Below are positions 45,395 to 57,434 of a stretch of DNA of 64,000 bases, piece by piece. Position numbers and translations under genes: made by a program. Where the stretch lies: the NCBI GenBank assembly GCA_905178155.1, contig CAJINV010000011.1, forward strand, positions 72,154 to 136,153, read 5' to 3'. The notes under the pieces were generated by a model. The model searched no databases. It was not told where the DNA came from and was given only the letters and a program-made list of their open reading frames with translations. Each line of letters opens with the position of its first letter. Position 1 is the stretch's first letter. Source of the DNA: Amoebophrya sp. A120 (Eukaryota > Protista > Dinoflagellata).

Positions 45395-48300
45395 CTACGT
45401 ATAATTATTGCCTGAAGATTCTGCCAGCCTGAAGCGTATGTCTTTTTGCGGCACCTGTGGGTGCAACTGCAACGGCGCCGGCGCCGGCTCTGCATCAGGT
45501 TCCGAACAAAGTCCAGACAGGGGCAGCTGTTCGGCGAAAGACTGCTCTACTAAGGGGAACGAATTAGTACCCGACGACGTCCTCGTCCTCGTGGATATCA
45601 ACGAAGACGGCGAACTGCGCTGCTTGCCGGCAAGATTCAGTCGTAGCCGACTTGCTGGTAACGTTTTTGCTTTTTTCAGGTTCAACCCAGCGCTTTTTGC
45701 TTTTCCACGTGGGAGTGCCTGCTCAGTAGATGCAGATGCCCTGCGGTCGTCGAACGGCGGGTCCGTGCGTAAGGCGCCAGCGCCGCGAAACAACGATTGT
45801 TCGGGAGAGAATACCTGTGGTGGCCCGCAAGCTTCCGGAAGCGGGAAGTAAGAACTGGGTACAAAAAGTGCTCCTTCCCGTCGGTCATCTAGCCCCTCCT
45901 TCCCCGCTGCATATGCGTGGATGCTGTCGTGGAAGCTGTCCGAGGACGCGCCTACCATCTCTGCATCGGGTTCTTCATATTCTTGTCCTTCCTCGTCGAG
46001 AGCACCCTCTTCTTCTTTTTCTTTCAGTTGCGCCTCCTTGGTGGAACTCCATGGCACTAGGGCCACGTGTGACGCACACACCCCAGCAGCGGCAGTTGTA
46101 GTTATACGCTTGTTAGTAACATGGTAGCCGAGCAGGACCCGTAGTTGCGCCACTTTCGCACCATCAACTCCAGCCACCTTCCGTGCGGCCAGCACCAGAA
46201 CCCGGAGCGCCGAGTCGAGCAATAGATTCTGGCTGAATTCTAACCGCTGCTGCCGTTCCTTTAGAATTCCCTCCAGCACGGGGAGGAGGCAAACGCGCGC
46301 GTAGAACTCGTCCGCGCCCTCATTCGCGAGCGGCTGGGCGTGCTTCTCGTCATCATTACGGGGCGGGCACGCTTTTTTGCTCGCACGCAGTGAACTGAGC
46401 CGCTCCAGGACGGAATCAAAGATCGAGGGAACTCCGCTTTTATCCTGGTGGTTGTTGTTGAAGAACGGTTTTGTGGTCGTGCTCCAGGCCGCACCAACGT
46501 CAGTACTATCGGGAATAAAATCTTCGTCGGCGTATATCGTGGCCATCGCCGGGTCCTCGTCGCGTCCTATAACCATAGGGGCTTTGTACAAATCGTCGAG
46601 CGCGAAAAGCGGGACGAGAAACTCCTCGCCCTTGGCATCCTTGAATGCCTGTTTCATATTGCACTTGCTCATGTGGTATTCAGGAGGCTGTGGCAAAGAG
46701 GTGGCCAGAATCCAGTCTGTGTAGCCGTCCACGAAGTCGTTCTGGTCCTCGGGCAAGACGACCCGCGGTAGACTTGAGGGCGGCTCTCCACCTCCATTCC
46801 GGCGGCTTACGCGGCGTAACACTTTGAGGCCCGAGGCGAGCTCCCGCACCGCACTGTCGCGACGTGCATCCTTGTTGTGCAGGTGGGCGAGCGAATTAAC
46901 TTGTGTTTTGTAGGCTGCGAAAAGGTTTTCATAGATAACATCTTCGATTATACCGACGCGCGAGAGCATTGATGCGTAGTGCTGAACATGTTCTTCCTTG
47001 TCTGCATCCTGGAATCGTGGCCGCAGCATGCGCTCTATTCGAATTGCAGCTGCATATTTCTCAAAGTGCTGTGTCAGGAGGGTGTCTACTGTGTGGTGCA
47101 ACCCGGTGCTCGGTGCGTTTGGGAGGAAAAGCCACTGCGCAGTCAGCGTGGCGGGTTGACGGCTCACTTTTGGTGCACCGGATTTCTGTCGGACTTCTTC
47201 TGGCAGCTCGTCGTGTGGGTCGGCGAGTCGCGATGGGCTTTCGCCTTGTTCCTGCAGCGCAATCGCATCCACCTCCGTTGTTCCGCCCGGCTGATACAGC
47301 ACGGCCTGTAACCGAGCCGCCGCGGCGCCGGCCGGCCCATGTTTTGCGGGGCAGGCAGAGATGGTCTGCCACGGGAAGGCCCCCATCCAGCGCCGGCCCA
47401 ATCTCTTTCCTACGTCCAACAGTTCAGGTACGCCCGGCGGTGCACTGAAATCGGCAAAAACGTCATGGAATCTTCTTTGCTGCTGGGGCTCCGCTCCCAC
47501 TTCCAACCAAGCAGTCTTCATCTCGTCCAGCAGCGTCTGCATTTTGAGTTCGCGATGCAACACCGGTCGAAAGTCGCTGTCAAAGTTGATAGGAGCAACT
47601 TCTGTGTTGTCCGCCCTGATGGCTAGTCGATGCAGCTCGCGTAGCATGTGGGTGCGGTACTGCAGCTTCTCTCGCAGCGCCTCCGCAACATCCCAGTCAT
47701 CCGGCTCAGTGGTCTTAAGTAGCTCGTAGTGCGCAGGAGTAAACGGTTTCGGCTCAAGCGTCACCGAATTTATTACGCTTTCATCCTCGAGTAACGCAAC
47801 GTAGGTCAGCAGCAACCGCATTCGCTCCTCGCTTGACATGTTCTTTTGCTGCTGCGTTTCCTGCGTCTCTGGCCCGGCCGGCGGGCTACTTGTGACGGGG
47901 CTCTGCGCGGCTTCCTCGGCAGACGCGCTTATTTCGGGGTTCATTGGTCCTGCGTGGTTTCCAGCAGGAGTTGCAGGTGCAAGTGCCTGCGAACTCGTCG
48001 CGCATGATCTTTCTTTACCTGTGCTTTCGCATGATCCCGGCCCATGTAGTAGCTCCTTCACTGGGGACGATCGGTCTTTGGTAAACCAGAGCTCAACCAT
48101 TTTGCCCACGGGGCTACGCATCTCCGGAGCAACAACGTTGTCCTCTCGTCGCGTGGCCCCCGTCGCTCGAAAATATGCCGCCAGTCGTCGTCCAGTTGGA
48201 CTCGTCGCTGCCGGTGTTGCTTCTGCAAGTGCAACAACTGGGACTTTCGCAGCGCCAAGGATTTCCGTCCGCGTTTCCCGTTCTGCGTCCGCTATTCGCT

Positions 48301-49885
48301 CTCCGATCTCCTTCGCTAAGAAATGTGGGTTTGCCACCAGGTCACCGGAATAAATCCTGGTGATGACTTCTTGAAGTTTCTGCCGGATCCTGCCATCGCT
48401 GCTGAACTGCTTCAGCAGGAAAGGCTGCAGCGATTTGAGAGAAGGCGCGCTAGCCGCGAGTCTTGTCACTGCGGCCGTCAACCCGGGCTCCAAAACGATC
48501 TTGTCAAACTGCCGTGCCCGTTCCTCCCGACTCCCTGCAGATTGTGCTAGCTGCGCTGCGAAGTCGGCTATGCGCATCGCACGAAAAAGTGTTTCACTGA
48601 TGTAACGACTACATGGCCAATTTTGCATCACAAAGCTGGTCAGTACATGCTGATCAGGAAAGGGAATATCAGTATTTGCCATGCGTGCTGCCGTAGGGAA
48701 ACGGAAACTAAATCTAAGAATCCGCTGTCTCGCATGTGTAGCTGCAAGAAAAATACTTGTGTGCTGTGGCATCGTCCGTTGCGCCACACGAAGTCCACAA
48801 GGAAATACTCTTTTCGGTTCGATACTGCGTCCGGTACGCGTACTAGCATACCCGGATTGCACGACGGCTCGTGCAAGGGGGCCTGGCGCCTGCCAGGCTC
48901 GATAGAGTATCGCATTGACGATCCTGTCAACGAACCATTCGCTGAGGAGTTCCACTCGCCTCTCTTCCACGTCGGAAACCGGGGCTTGTTCTTGCATGGT
49001 GTTCTTCTTGCCGTCGAGCAAAAATCCCTCTGCCGCGGGGTCTTTGGTGGAGGCCCCTGAAGATGAAGATGAGGCACTCGTTGATCGTCCCGGCGCCGCC
49101 TGCAGCACGCGTCCAAAAGTGTACAAGAACGCGTCCTTGTCATCGGCAGACCAGTTGATCTGCCTCTCCCACGGTCCCGGAACTAGGCGCTCCGCCCCAC
49201 TTGACGCCAGCTCGTCATGCGAAGCCCTCTGCCTGCCATTGTGCAGGGAACAGAGCAGGTGCAACCGTCTCGACCCGTCCGTCGCTTCGCCATCACCCAC
49301 GTCCTCCTCCACAAAAAGCCAGGGCTGCGGTTGGTCCTCCTCGCCTGCGCGAGATTTATTTCGTGCGGGCCCCAGGAGGACACGGTGACGGCGGCCGCGG
49401 TATGCGCCAGAGTTCGCCCTCCCAGGCTCGTCGGTGCCGGCCAGATCCACGCGGGCCGCCGCACGGAGTGCGCCCCGCACTCGCTTTTGGAACTCCCCGA
49501 GGGTATCCGCTCCTCTGGCCGGGTGCGCGTTCTGACCACAGGTGTGATCCCCGGGCGGCGGGGCCGCAAACCGAATGTGCGTAGTTTTCATCCCCGAATT
49601 GCGGCCACCATCTTGGTTCGTTTGCCATTCGTACCGTGCCACCGCCCGAATGCCAAACTGCGGTGTTCTCTGTGCGACACTTCTTCTCTGGTTCCACAGA
49701 ACCGACTCGCGGTGCTGTTCTTGCCGCTCGGGCCGGCGGAGTCGCACCAGGTCCTCCTGTTCGTCCTCTTCCTCTGGGCTCGTTGTACTAAGCGGCTCCA
49801 GCCTGTGCAAGCGAAGGTCCCAGTCTCGGATCTGGTCCGAGTTCTGCAGCTTGTCCGCGTCCGCACTGACCACGAACACTTGCAT
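45395..49885 (-). CDS. Large hypothetical protein (1496 aa main exon), paralogue of the gene at 52406-57434; probable additional 5' exon near 50307-50813
   Basis: Uninterrupted 4.5-kb ORF sharing collinear blocks with the neighbouring gene (DWDLRL, VARYE, LLCSxHN, FVDRxVN, RMLRP, ALRVL). Confidence 0.85.
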   Translation of the reverse strand: MQVFVVSADADKLQNSDQIRDWDLRLHRLEPLSTTSPEEEDEQEDLVRLRRPERQEQHRESVLWNQRRSVAQRTPQFGIRAVARYEWQTNQDGGRNSGMKTTHIRFAAPPPGDHTCGQNAHPARGADTLGEFQKRVRGALRAAARVDLAGTDEPGRANSGAYRGRRHRVLLGPARNKSRAGEEDQPQPWLFVEEDVGDGEATDGSRRLHLLCSLHNGRQRASHDELASSGAERLVPGPWERQINWSADDKDAFLYTFGRVLQAAPGRSTSASSSSSGASTKDPAAEGFLLDGKKNTMQEQAPVSDVEERRVELLSEWFVDRIVNAILYRAWQAPGPLARAVVQSGYASTRTGRSIEPKRVFPCGLRVAQRTMPQHTSIFLAATHARQRILRFSFRFPTAARMANTDIPFPDQHVLTSFVMQNWPCSRYISETLFRAMRIADFAAQLAQSAGSREERARQFDKIVLEPGLTAAVTRLAASAPSLKSLQPFLLKQFSSDGRIRQKLQEVITRIYSGDLVANPHFLAKEIGERIADAERETRTEILGAAKVPVVALAEATPAATSPTGRRLAAYFRATGATRREDNVVAPEMRSPVGKMVELWFTKDRSSPVKELLHGPGSCESTGKERSCATSSQALAPATPAGNHAGPMNPEISASAEEAAQSPVTSSPPAGPETQETQQQKNMSSEERMRLLLTYVALLEDESVINSVTLEPKPFTPAHYELLKTTEPDDWDVAEALREKLQYRTHMLRELHRLAIRADNTEVAPINFDSDFRPVLHRELKMQTLLDEMKTAWLEVGAEPQQQRRFHDVFADFSAPPGVPELLDVGKRLGRRWMGAFPWQTISACPAKHGPAGAAAARLQAVLYQPGGTTEVDAIALQEQGESPSRLADPHDELPEEVRQKSGAPKVSRQPATLTAQWLFLPNAPSTGLHHTVDTLLTQHFEKYAAAIRIERMLRPRFQDADKEEHVQHYASMLSRVGIIEDVIYENLFAAYKTQVNSLAHLHNKDARRDSAVRELASGLKVLRRVSRRNGGGEPPSSLPRVVLPEDQNDFVDGYTDWILATSLPQPPEYHMSKCNMKQAFKDAKGEEFLVPLFALDDLYKAPMVIGRDEDPAMATIYADEDFIPDSTDVGAAWSTTTKPFFNNNHQDKSGVPSIFDSVLERLSSLRASKKACPPRNDDEKHAQPLANEGADEFYARVCLLPVLEGILKERQQRLEFSQNLLLDSALRVLVLAARKVAGVDGAKVAQLRVLLGYHVTNKRITTTAAAGVCASHVALVPWSSTKEAQLKEKEEEGALDEEGQEYEEPDAEMVGASSDSFHDSIHAYAAGKEGLDDRREGALFVPSSYFPLPEACGPPQVFSPEQSLFRGAGALRTDPPFDDRRASASTEQALPRGKAKSAGLNLKKAKTLPASRLRLNLAGKQRSSPSSLISTRTRTSSGTNSFPLVEQSFAEQLPLSGLCSEPDAEPAPAPLQLHPQVPQKDIRFRLAESSGNNYT

Positions 49886-52405
49886 CTCATGACACCCGTT
49901 CTCCTGAACGCGGATGCATCATGTAGAAAAAGGCTAGCGAAAGTTCGTGGTACCTGTCGTGCTAAACACCAAGAGAATTATGTAGAAAACGTTTTTATTC
50001 GCCTCTAGTGCCTATGCATCATGATATAACTGTACTGCTAAATCGATGTTAGTTGGCTGTGCGTTGTACTCGAATCATATCACGGCATCTTTCCATTTCA
50101 TTTCTCTTCATGTTGCTGCAATAAATCGTATCTACTCTACCTCGTCCAGCACATTGAGACGACAAAGAAGGCAACCTCGTATTTCGTTCATATCTCTTCA
50201 GACAAGATGGCGTGTGGTCTGTTGATGCTAGCGTGGCATAGTAGTTTTTCGATAATATTATATTTGGATTTTTGTACCACTAGGAGAAGCTTGAAGCCGC
50301 GAATTTCTAGAAGGATAGAACGAACCGACCGCGCTGTTCCAGCTTTTCCCCCGCATAGTGGTAGCGTTGAGACGCATTTAGGTCTTCTCCTCGAATGCAG
50401 TACTCCTGCTCAACACCGAGTGGAAGATGCTCTTCCCGGTTGGCGCCGCGAGACGAGGAGTCACTTCCCCGGCTGAATAAACTCGTGAAACCCACGTAGC
50501 AGGCACTACTACTATTCCCGGTTGGAAATACCGCTCTGCTATTTGCGTCGGTCGGAACAGAAGACTCGCCTTCGGAGGTGCCGGCCCAGGACGAGAAAAG
50601 TTCGTGCCTTGCACCAGCGGCGCCTGTGAGCAGCATCACCGTGCTACTATGTACGCCAAGAAGGAGCAGCTGACGCACTGCAGTGTAGGAAAACAAGGCT
50701 GGAGATGAATGCTCCCGCGTTCGTTTCCTTTTTGTCCACACGGAAACACTCGATGGCAACATTTTTGCTGGTTCGATGCCTAGTTGTGCTTGTGGCTGCG
50801 TAGTACTCCTCATGTGGAGTTGTAATTCAAAAGAGCTAGTACCAGAAAGATGAACATGATAAGTACCTCCTTACCAGCCTAATTTTTCTGTAGTGAGCAG
50901 AAATGAGGTTCGGCCACATCAAAAATTTTGTGCTGGGGAAGAATATACGACTGAAATAAAAGTTCGTGATTCATTCCCTGGCGGTAAGCTGCCCTGAAAT
51001 TGGAGTCTCAGTTTGTTTCTACTGGGTTGCCATTCTCGTGCACGAGCAGCTCTTGTAGAAACCAGAACGTCAATCATGGCCATCTGTAGAGCTGCGAAAA
51101 AGGCCTGCTGAAGCTAAACAGAATAGATCTGGAACGTTCATGTGGTGATCCTGAAAAATTAAACTGAAAGGAGTCGCTTGGTAATATAGAAAAAAATAGA
51201 GTGGAACAGGAAAAATGAGAATGACGGAGAAAAACGGAAATTTCTAAAATTCTATCCACCAGCGAGCAGGATGACATAAGCGAATGTTGGGTAAAGGCCG
51301 CTATATAGAACTTATCCAAGATGACACCAAAACCAAAACATTGCGCGCAACATAATTTAATTGATCGGCGCCAGGCTGGAAAACGAAGGTCCTGGAATAA
51401 AAGATAGAGGAACTGCCTGTGTCTTTCATGAACACAACGTGCGTCCTCGTCGGCGCTTTCAGATGCCGCAAAAGCAATTAGGCAAGCACATGCTCGCTTG
51501 TCACAAAATTATACCTGTAGGTCCTAAAGACTTCTGAAATAAGCGGCATGATCTCGATGCGAAAAGTAGTTAATGTCAATCGCACTGTCAGCGATGAATA
51601 TTCACATTTTTACGCCACCCCAAATTATCTCCGTGTTCCGTTAAAATTAGCTGTCGAAAGTACATTTCCATTTTCCATTTTGTATCTTCGTATGCATCAA
51701 AAATTATACGGTGCGCGGATGCTTGGGTTCACAAAATATTTCCCCATCTACCCCATCGGGTTCAAACAGCTGAACTTGATGAGGGTCGTGAAGGCACGCA
51801 CGTAGGTGCGGGACGCTTTCTACCTCTAAATACGAAAGTACGTCTTATTGCTGGCATGGTTATAGCTTTGGTAGATCTGATTGCACTTCTCCCGAAATGC
51901 TGTTGCTATTGATCAGAAATAAATATAAAGTGGTACAGATCAGCTCGTATTCGGTACATCTCGATGCTGTGATGAACTACAATAAATTCTGCTTCTCTAT
52001 TGGTTTTTTCGAAACTATCATTTGCGTCTAGCCAAACAAAAGCGAGACCTGTACCTAGCGGAAATCCCAAACGGCTGAGATTTTTCATCTTTAGGTAGCA
52101 TTGAGGTATCTCCAAAACTTGCTGGCGCGTGTGAGTGTTACATGGTCTTTCTAACAACTACGCACAAAAACAAATGTGAGGAGCTACAGACTTTTTGCAA
52201 AATCTTACGTGCTCCATAGAGTTTGTGACTTTTGCCACTACATGCTCAAAATAAACAAAATCTAGAGAGCATGATAATTTTCGTATCTGTCTACAAAATG
52301 TAGAAAGCAAAAGCGTGATATTTTTTGATGCCAGCTGTTTGCTGAAGTAATAAGTTGAGCGCGGAATAAGCAGAGTTGTCTTTAGCTTCGTCAGAATCAA
52401 GTACA

Positions 52406-55400
52406 TTATAATCTTCGTGTTGGAGCTCGTCCAGTTGCATTATGCATTGCAAATATATTATAATCTGGGTCTGGAAGTAGACTGTTGCATTTATTATGCA
52501 TGTGGTCTGACTCTGACATGACGCGAGAGTCTGTCTCTGTCATGCATGGGCACGAAAATGCCCTCCGACCTGTCATGCAAAAACGCAGTTTCCTACCTCT
52601 ATGCGAACTACGCAACACATAGCAGCTCAAAAATTGGCCATGCTTAGCTGCGCAATGCAGTGCGGCTATCATTCACTCTGAGCATTACGAACAGTTTGTC
52701 ACTCTGACAATTCGAAAAAGTCGTATTTACGGTCCGTGGGTATTGAGGTCGCCGTTCCTCTAGCCTTGCTTGTAAGTTGCCGCGGTGCTGTCGCTTCTTT
52801 GTAGTCTGCTCTAAACCAGTCCCTGTCGTAGTGTGGGCTAATCCGGGGTCTAGTCGCATGTCCGTCGGGGCCACGGCGGACCTTGGTCTGCAGACCGCTC
52901 CTTCCGGAAGAAGAAGCTGGGCTCAGGCCAGGTTCTGGACAGGGTTCGCGCTGCTCGCTTCTGCTCGGGGCTATCCGTGATTGCCCGCTCGGGGCTATCA
53001 AATGCAAATATGTCCGGGTTCTCTGGATGAACGCAGATGATCGTCATGCTGTTTTCGTCTGACCAAGAAGGTATGCGTATGGTATGCCAGCCCTCACATC
53101 ACAGGTTTTGAGGAGGTGTCTTGTCAATGCCACCTGAAGATCCGCAGGGCAAATCATCACTTTCGGTGATAAGAAAACGGGCAACTTTTGTTGTCCATGC
53201 ATGTTGGCAATTATTTTTTTATTCATCTGAAATGCGCACCAGAACCAGATGCAGATATATTTGCCACGCATAGAGGCTTGGCCACTTATTGCCGTGGAGG
53301 AAGCTCCGGATGATCTGTGCGCCCTGTGGATTGGACGATGATCGTCTGGGTCGCCAAAACCGAAAAGGTCCTTGAGCTTTTTCGTTTTCACTGCTTCGGG
53401 ATCCGCCCTCTTGGCGCCATTGAGCAGCACCCGCAGGGCCGTCTCGAACAAAATTTTCTTTCGCAGCTCGAGTCGAAACAGCCGTTCTTGCAGAACCTGT
53501 TCGAGGAGCGGGAGAAGTAATACCCGGACAAAGTAGCGCGCGGGCCCGTGGCGAGGGTCCTTTTCATCCTGTCGAGGGGCGGGCACCTGCAAAAATTTGT
53601 GCTCTGGTCCCATGCGGCTTCGCGCGGGCATGACGAACTGTACGAAGTCCTTGCGCTTCTCGACTTCTTCGAACATGGCGTCGACGATGCTAGGAAGCTT
53701 GCTCTTCTCCTCTTGTTCCCACTCAGCCGTTCCGGGGACAAATCGTTCCTCCAGGTAGAAGTTCGACTTTTGCCAAGCATTCACGTTCGTCCTCACCTCC
53801 AGCTCCCCGCGGAGCTCGTCATCCATTCTATTAAGCGGCGACACGGCGGCGTTGGCGTAGATTACATCTAGCTCAAGCAAGGCCAATAAAAATTCGTCCC
53901 CTCTACTAGGGGTCCTTTGCCTGCTTCCCCTCCGTATGCATTGCTAAAGCACCGCACTAGTATAAATCGCATGACAGATAATTTTCTCAGCACGAGCCAT
54001 AAAGTTTGTATTTTGGTAGATGTTCCTAGAGAAAGGGATTTGCACTGCATGACTTCGATCAGTACGAGTACGATACTTTCGCAAAATCATACTGCTTCTA
54101 AGAGAAGATGAAACCATATATTCACCTGCTTCTGTCAATTGCAAACGTGTCTGAGTCTGGAAGTAGAGTTGCGTCTTGTGATGCAAAAGTCGGATCACGC
54201 AAAAATTTTTGTTGCATGAACTCCAAAAGCTACCCATACCTTGCTACGCAAAAAGGGAAGCTAAGAGGCGGCACAGGCATCAAGTTCAAGACACCTGCGC
54301 AAAACCTGTACCACTTTTGCGTGCATATAGCATTCCAGATCATCTGCGTGGTCCGCGAGATGCATGACAAACTTCCAGACCCAGACATATCTGCCTTCGA
54401 TAGCGTCCCGGACCCATTGACTTATTCCTTCACGGATTTGGTCTCGTTTTGCACCGCGCAGAAAGCCATGGAAGGAGCTCCCTGGTTGACGATCGGCCGA
54501 CTGTAGTCTCTGTGGCCTTGGGAGGAAGGCGGCCAGCAACCAATCCCGCATTTTTTCCTCGCTGCTCCTCGCCAGCGCTGTCAAGAAGTCCTGGGCCCAA
54601 GCCGCGTATGCAGCGTTACCAAATTCAGCGACAAAAAGGGACATGAAGCGGTCCCCCAAATCTGCGATAATCTCGTCCCGACTAGCGTCCTGGTTGTGGT
54701 CGGCAGCAAGCAGCTTCGCGTCCGTGCGGTACCGGCTGATCGGATCTTCGGTTTTCTTCTTGCCATCTTTGTCCACGGTGACGGCAATGGCATCAGGAAG
54801 AGGAGTACCAGTTGGATAAGACTCGCGCAGTTTTGACTCGAAAGCCTGGACGTGTTTCTCGCGCTCCGCTTCTGTCCAGGACGGACGCAACATTCGCTGG
54901 ACGCGGATCGCGCAACCGTACTTGTTCAAAAAAATGCTCAAGCTCTCTTCCGACGGAGCAAACAACCAGTGCGTAGTCAACTCGTAAAAGCTTGTCGGTT
55001 TATCGGGGTCATCTTGTTCCACACCAAAGTAATCTTCTCCGCCGTGCAAGTGTAGCCTCTCTGCGCGCTCCCGCGTCAAGTCAACGTCTCGATTGTTGTT
55101 CGTGTAGCTCAACATGAAGTCGTACTCAGGCTGGAAGAGTACAGGCGTCAAGTGTTCGGTGTACCGTTGTACATCCTGTGTGTAAGCGTAGTTGATGCGG
55201 GGCATGCTGTCCGTCCCGCCAGAAGGCGAACTCTCCTCCTCCGGCTCGTAAGGCCCGGGCAGCATCTTCCTCTCACTTTCGCGCCACAGCGTCTTCATCG
55301 AATCCAGAAAGTACTTCCTCTTGCGCTCCCGCTCCAAAATTGATTGTGAACGCGAACTCTTCAAAAAATGCTCCCCGACGTCCGCAGACGGCTCGATCGT

Positions 55401-57434
55401 GAGCCGATAAAGTTCTTCCATCAGTTCGATCCTGTGCTGAATTTGGACATGCGTTGACTTGTACGTCCGAAACTCATCCTCGTTGGCGTCCAAGATATCA
55501 AAGTAGCGCTGCGAAAACTGGTCCGCTTCCCTCGCGTAGTCTACAAGGGAACCGTATGTGAAAAGCAGTCCGGCACGCCGCTCGTCGTCGTTATTGGCGC
55601 CTTCATCGGAAAGTAGTTTGTCGCAGAGGTCCACCACACCTTTTTCGACCCTTTCTTGGATCTCGTCGAACGTGTTTGGAAACATTTTGCTTACCGTGTC
55701 GCGCAATTTCGGCACATTCGCAGCTTTATGTACGCACTCTTTTACAAACTTTGGTGCCACCTTTTTGCCCTCGTGCTTCATGATGCGCGCCACCTTGCTG
55801 CCACCTGGCGGAAAGAACGAGGTGACCACGCGTCCCACAGGATCTCTTGGAAGCCCTTGGGGTTTAGCGGAAAAAATACTCTTCAGCCACGTCATAAACT
55901 TCGACGCTGGCCTGGAGCGCGGGGGAAGTTCCTTTTTCAGGGCACCGTAGACTTGTTCTACCGCCTCGCGGTGCGCAGCAGCTCGTTCTCCTGAAAGCGC
56001 CGACTTTAGTGCGGCCAGCGAGTCTGGATCAGCAATTAGGCCCCAATTGAAAAGACTTGCCCGTCCCTTGCTCCGCGTCTCCGCCCCCGCGTCGACAAGC
56101 GCCGCGCGCCACCATCCACCAGCGTTTCCAGCTAACCAGTCGAGCTGCTGATCCCATTTACCCAAGGGGACCTTCGTCTGAAACCAAGGCATGACCGCCA
56201 GTTTGTGTACCGCCAGTTTGGCTGCCGTAGCTATGCCATGGCCCGCGGCGTCCAGTACCGGCCCCACCAGGAGGGCGCCACCTGCACGCACGAGCACGTC
56301 GGTGCGGGCGCCATTGACGTTGTGCTTTGTATACGACAACCACTTCGCAATTCTCACGTCTTGAGGATAAACAATCACGTTGACTACTCGGTCTACGAAG
56401 AACTTGCGCAACGCAGCGCTTTCCACCTCGTCATTAGCGTTAAAAAGGTTTCCAAAACTCCGAATGAATCTTTGTAGCTCCCCCTCAAACGCGGCGGGGT
56501 CTTTAATATTGTCAAAGAAATCCGGGAAAGCTCGCTGCTCTTTTGTACTTTTGCGACCTCCAGTGTCGTTGTGCGGCGAGCACAGAAGGTTAAGCGGCCT
56601 GATCGACGTAATCTTCTGCATCCACTCGGGGAGCGCGGTCTGCCTCTTGACGAAAAGCAGCGGCAATTGCCCTTTGAACCCACTGATCAATATCCGTCTT
56701 CCTGGGGCACGAGTGGTCTCAGCCTTATCGCCCCTGACGTTTGCCGCCGCCGCATTTACTTCTTCCTGAAGTTTAAAATTAGCCGCATCGAGGGCTGCAC
56801 TTAGCGTATCTGTGTACCACTTCCTCGCGTTCCCGTCCTTGTCGTCGAGGGAGGACGGTGGGCCGTAGTAGTAAGCGCGTTTGCCCCCCGACGTGACTTC
56901 GTACCTTGCAACCCCACGAAGTCCCCTGAAGGGAGCGCCCCTTCCACCTGTTTTGGTCGGGGAGAGCGCTGGCATTGTAGATGCATCGTCGACACGCATT
57001 AGCCGGAGGTCCCAATCCTTCACCTTCAGGGAGGACTTCATCATGTCTTCGTTCGCGTGGAGCACGTACACCTCCATGTCATCCTCGATCTTTGAAAATT
57101 TCACAGATGCTTGAGACCTCGCTTGGTTCGCGGACGGCGCAGGGGCGTACACCACCTGGCTGTGCTGGTCTGCGGGTGCGCTCCGGAGCCGTGGGTCGGG
57201 ATTGTATGGGTAGCCTCCGGAACCGACGTCGCCCGAGGAGGTCCGGTAGTAGTCCGCTGGACTCCTGTAACGATCGTGCGCGGGGTATGGCGGATGAAAA
57301 TCGTGAGTAGAGGCACTACTGCGTGAAGCAGCCGACGCACACGAGGCCCCTAAGAACAACTGCAGGACCACTAGGTAACGCGCCGCTGCACGGCCCGTCC
57401 GAGCCCACAGGTTTTTTTGCTGCGGCTCCACCAT
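52406..57434 (-). CDS. Large hypothetical, probably secreted protein; paralogue of 45395-49885
   Basis: ATG at 57434 followed by hydrophobic YLVVLQLFLGASCASAA. Main exon to 54403, then exons joined across introners (VRD|AGEY, LRS|RGSR, SGQA|PSGQ). 3' end uncertain. Confidence 0.8.
52441..52725. mobile_element. Introner, family A (right end eroded)
   Basis: Clear left end TATGCATTGCAAATAT...TCTGGGTCTGGAAG; body is an inverted relative of 10978-11228; right border approximate. Confidence 0.65.
52996..53272. mobile_element. Introner, family A
   Basis: TATCAAATGCAAATATGTC...GATATATTTGCCACGCATA; direct repeat GGGGC/GAGGC. Confidence 0.85.
53935..54091. mobile_element. Introner, family B
   Basis: TATGCATTGCTAAAGCACCGCACT...AGTACGATACTTTCGCAAAATCATA; direct repeat CTCCG/CTGCT; frame restored. 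Confidence 0.78.
54133..54402. mobile_element. Introner, family A
   Basis: TGTCAATTGCAAACGTGTCTGAGTCTGGAAG...CTTCCAGACCCAGACATATCTGCCTTCGATA; direct repeat GCTTC/GCGTC. Confidence 0.85.
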
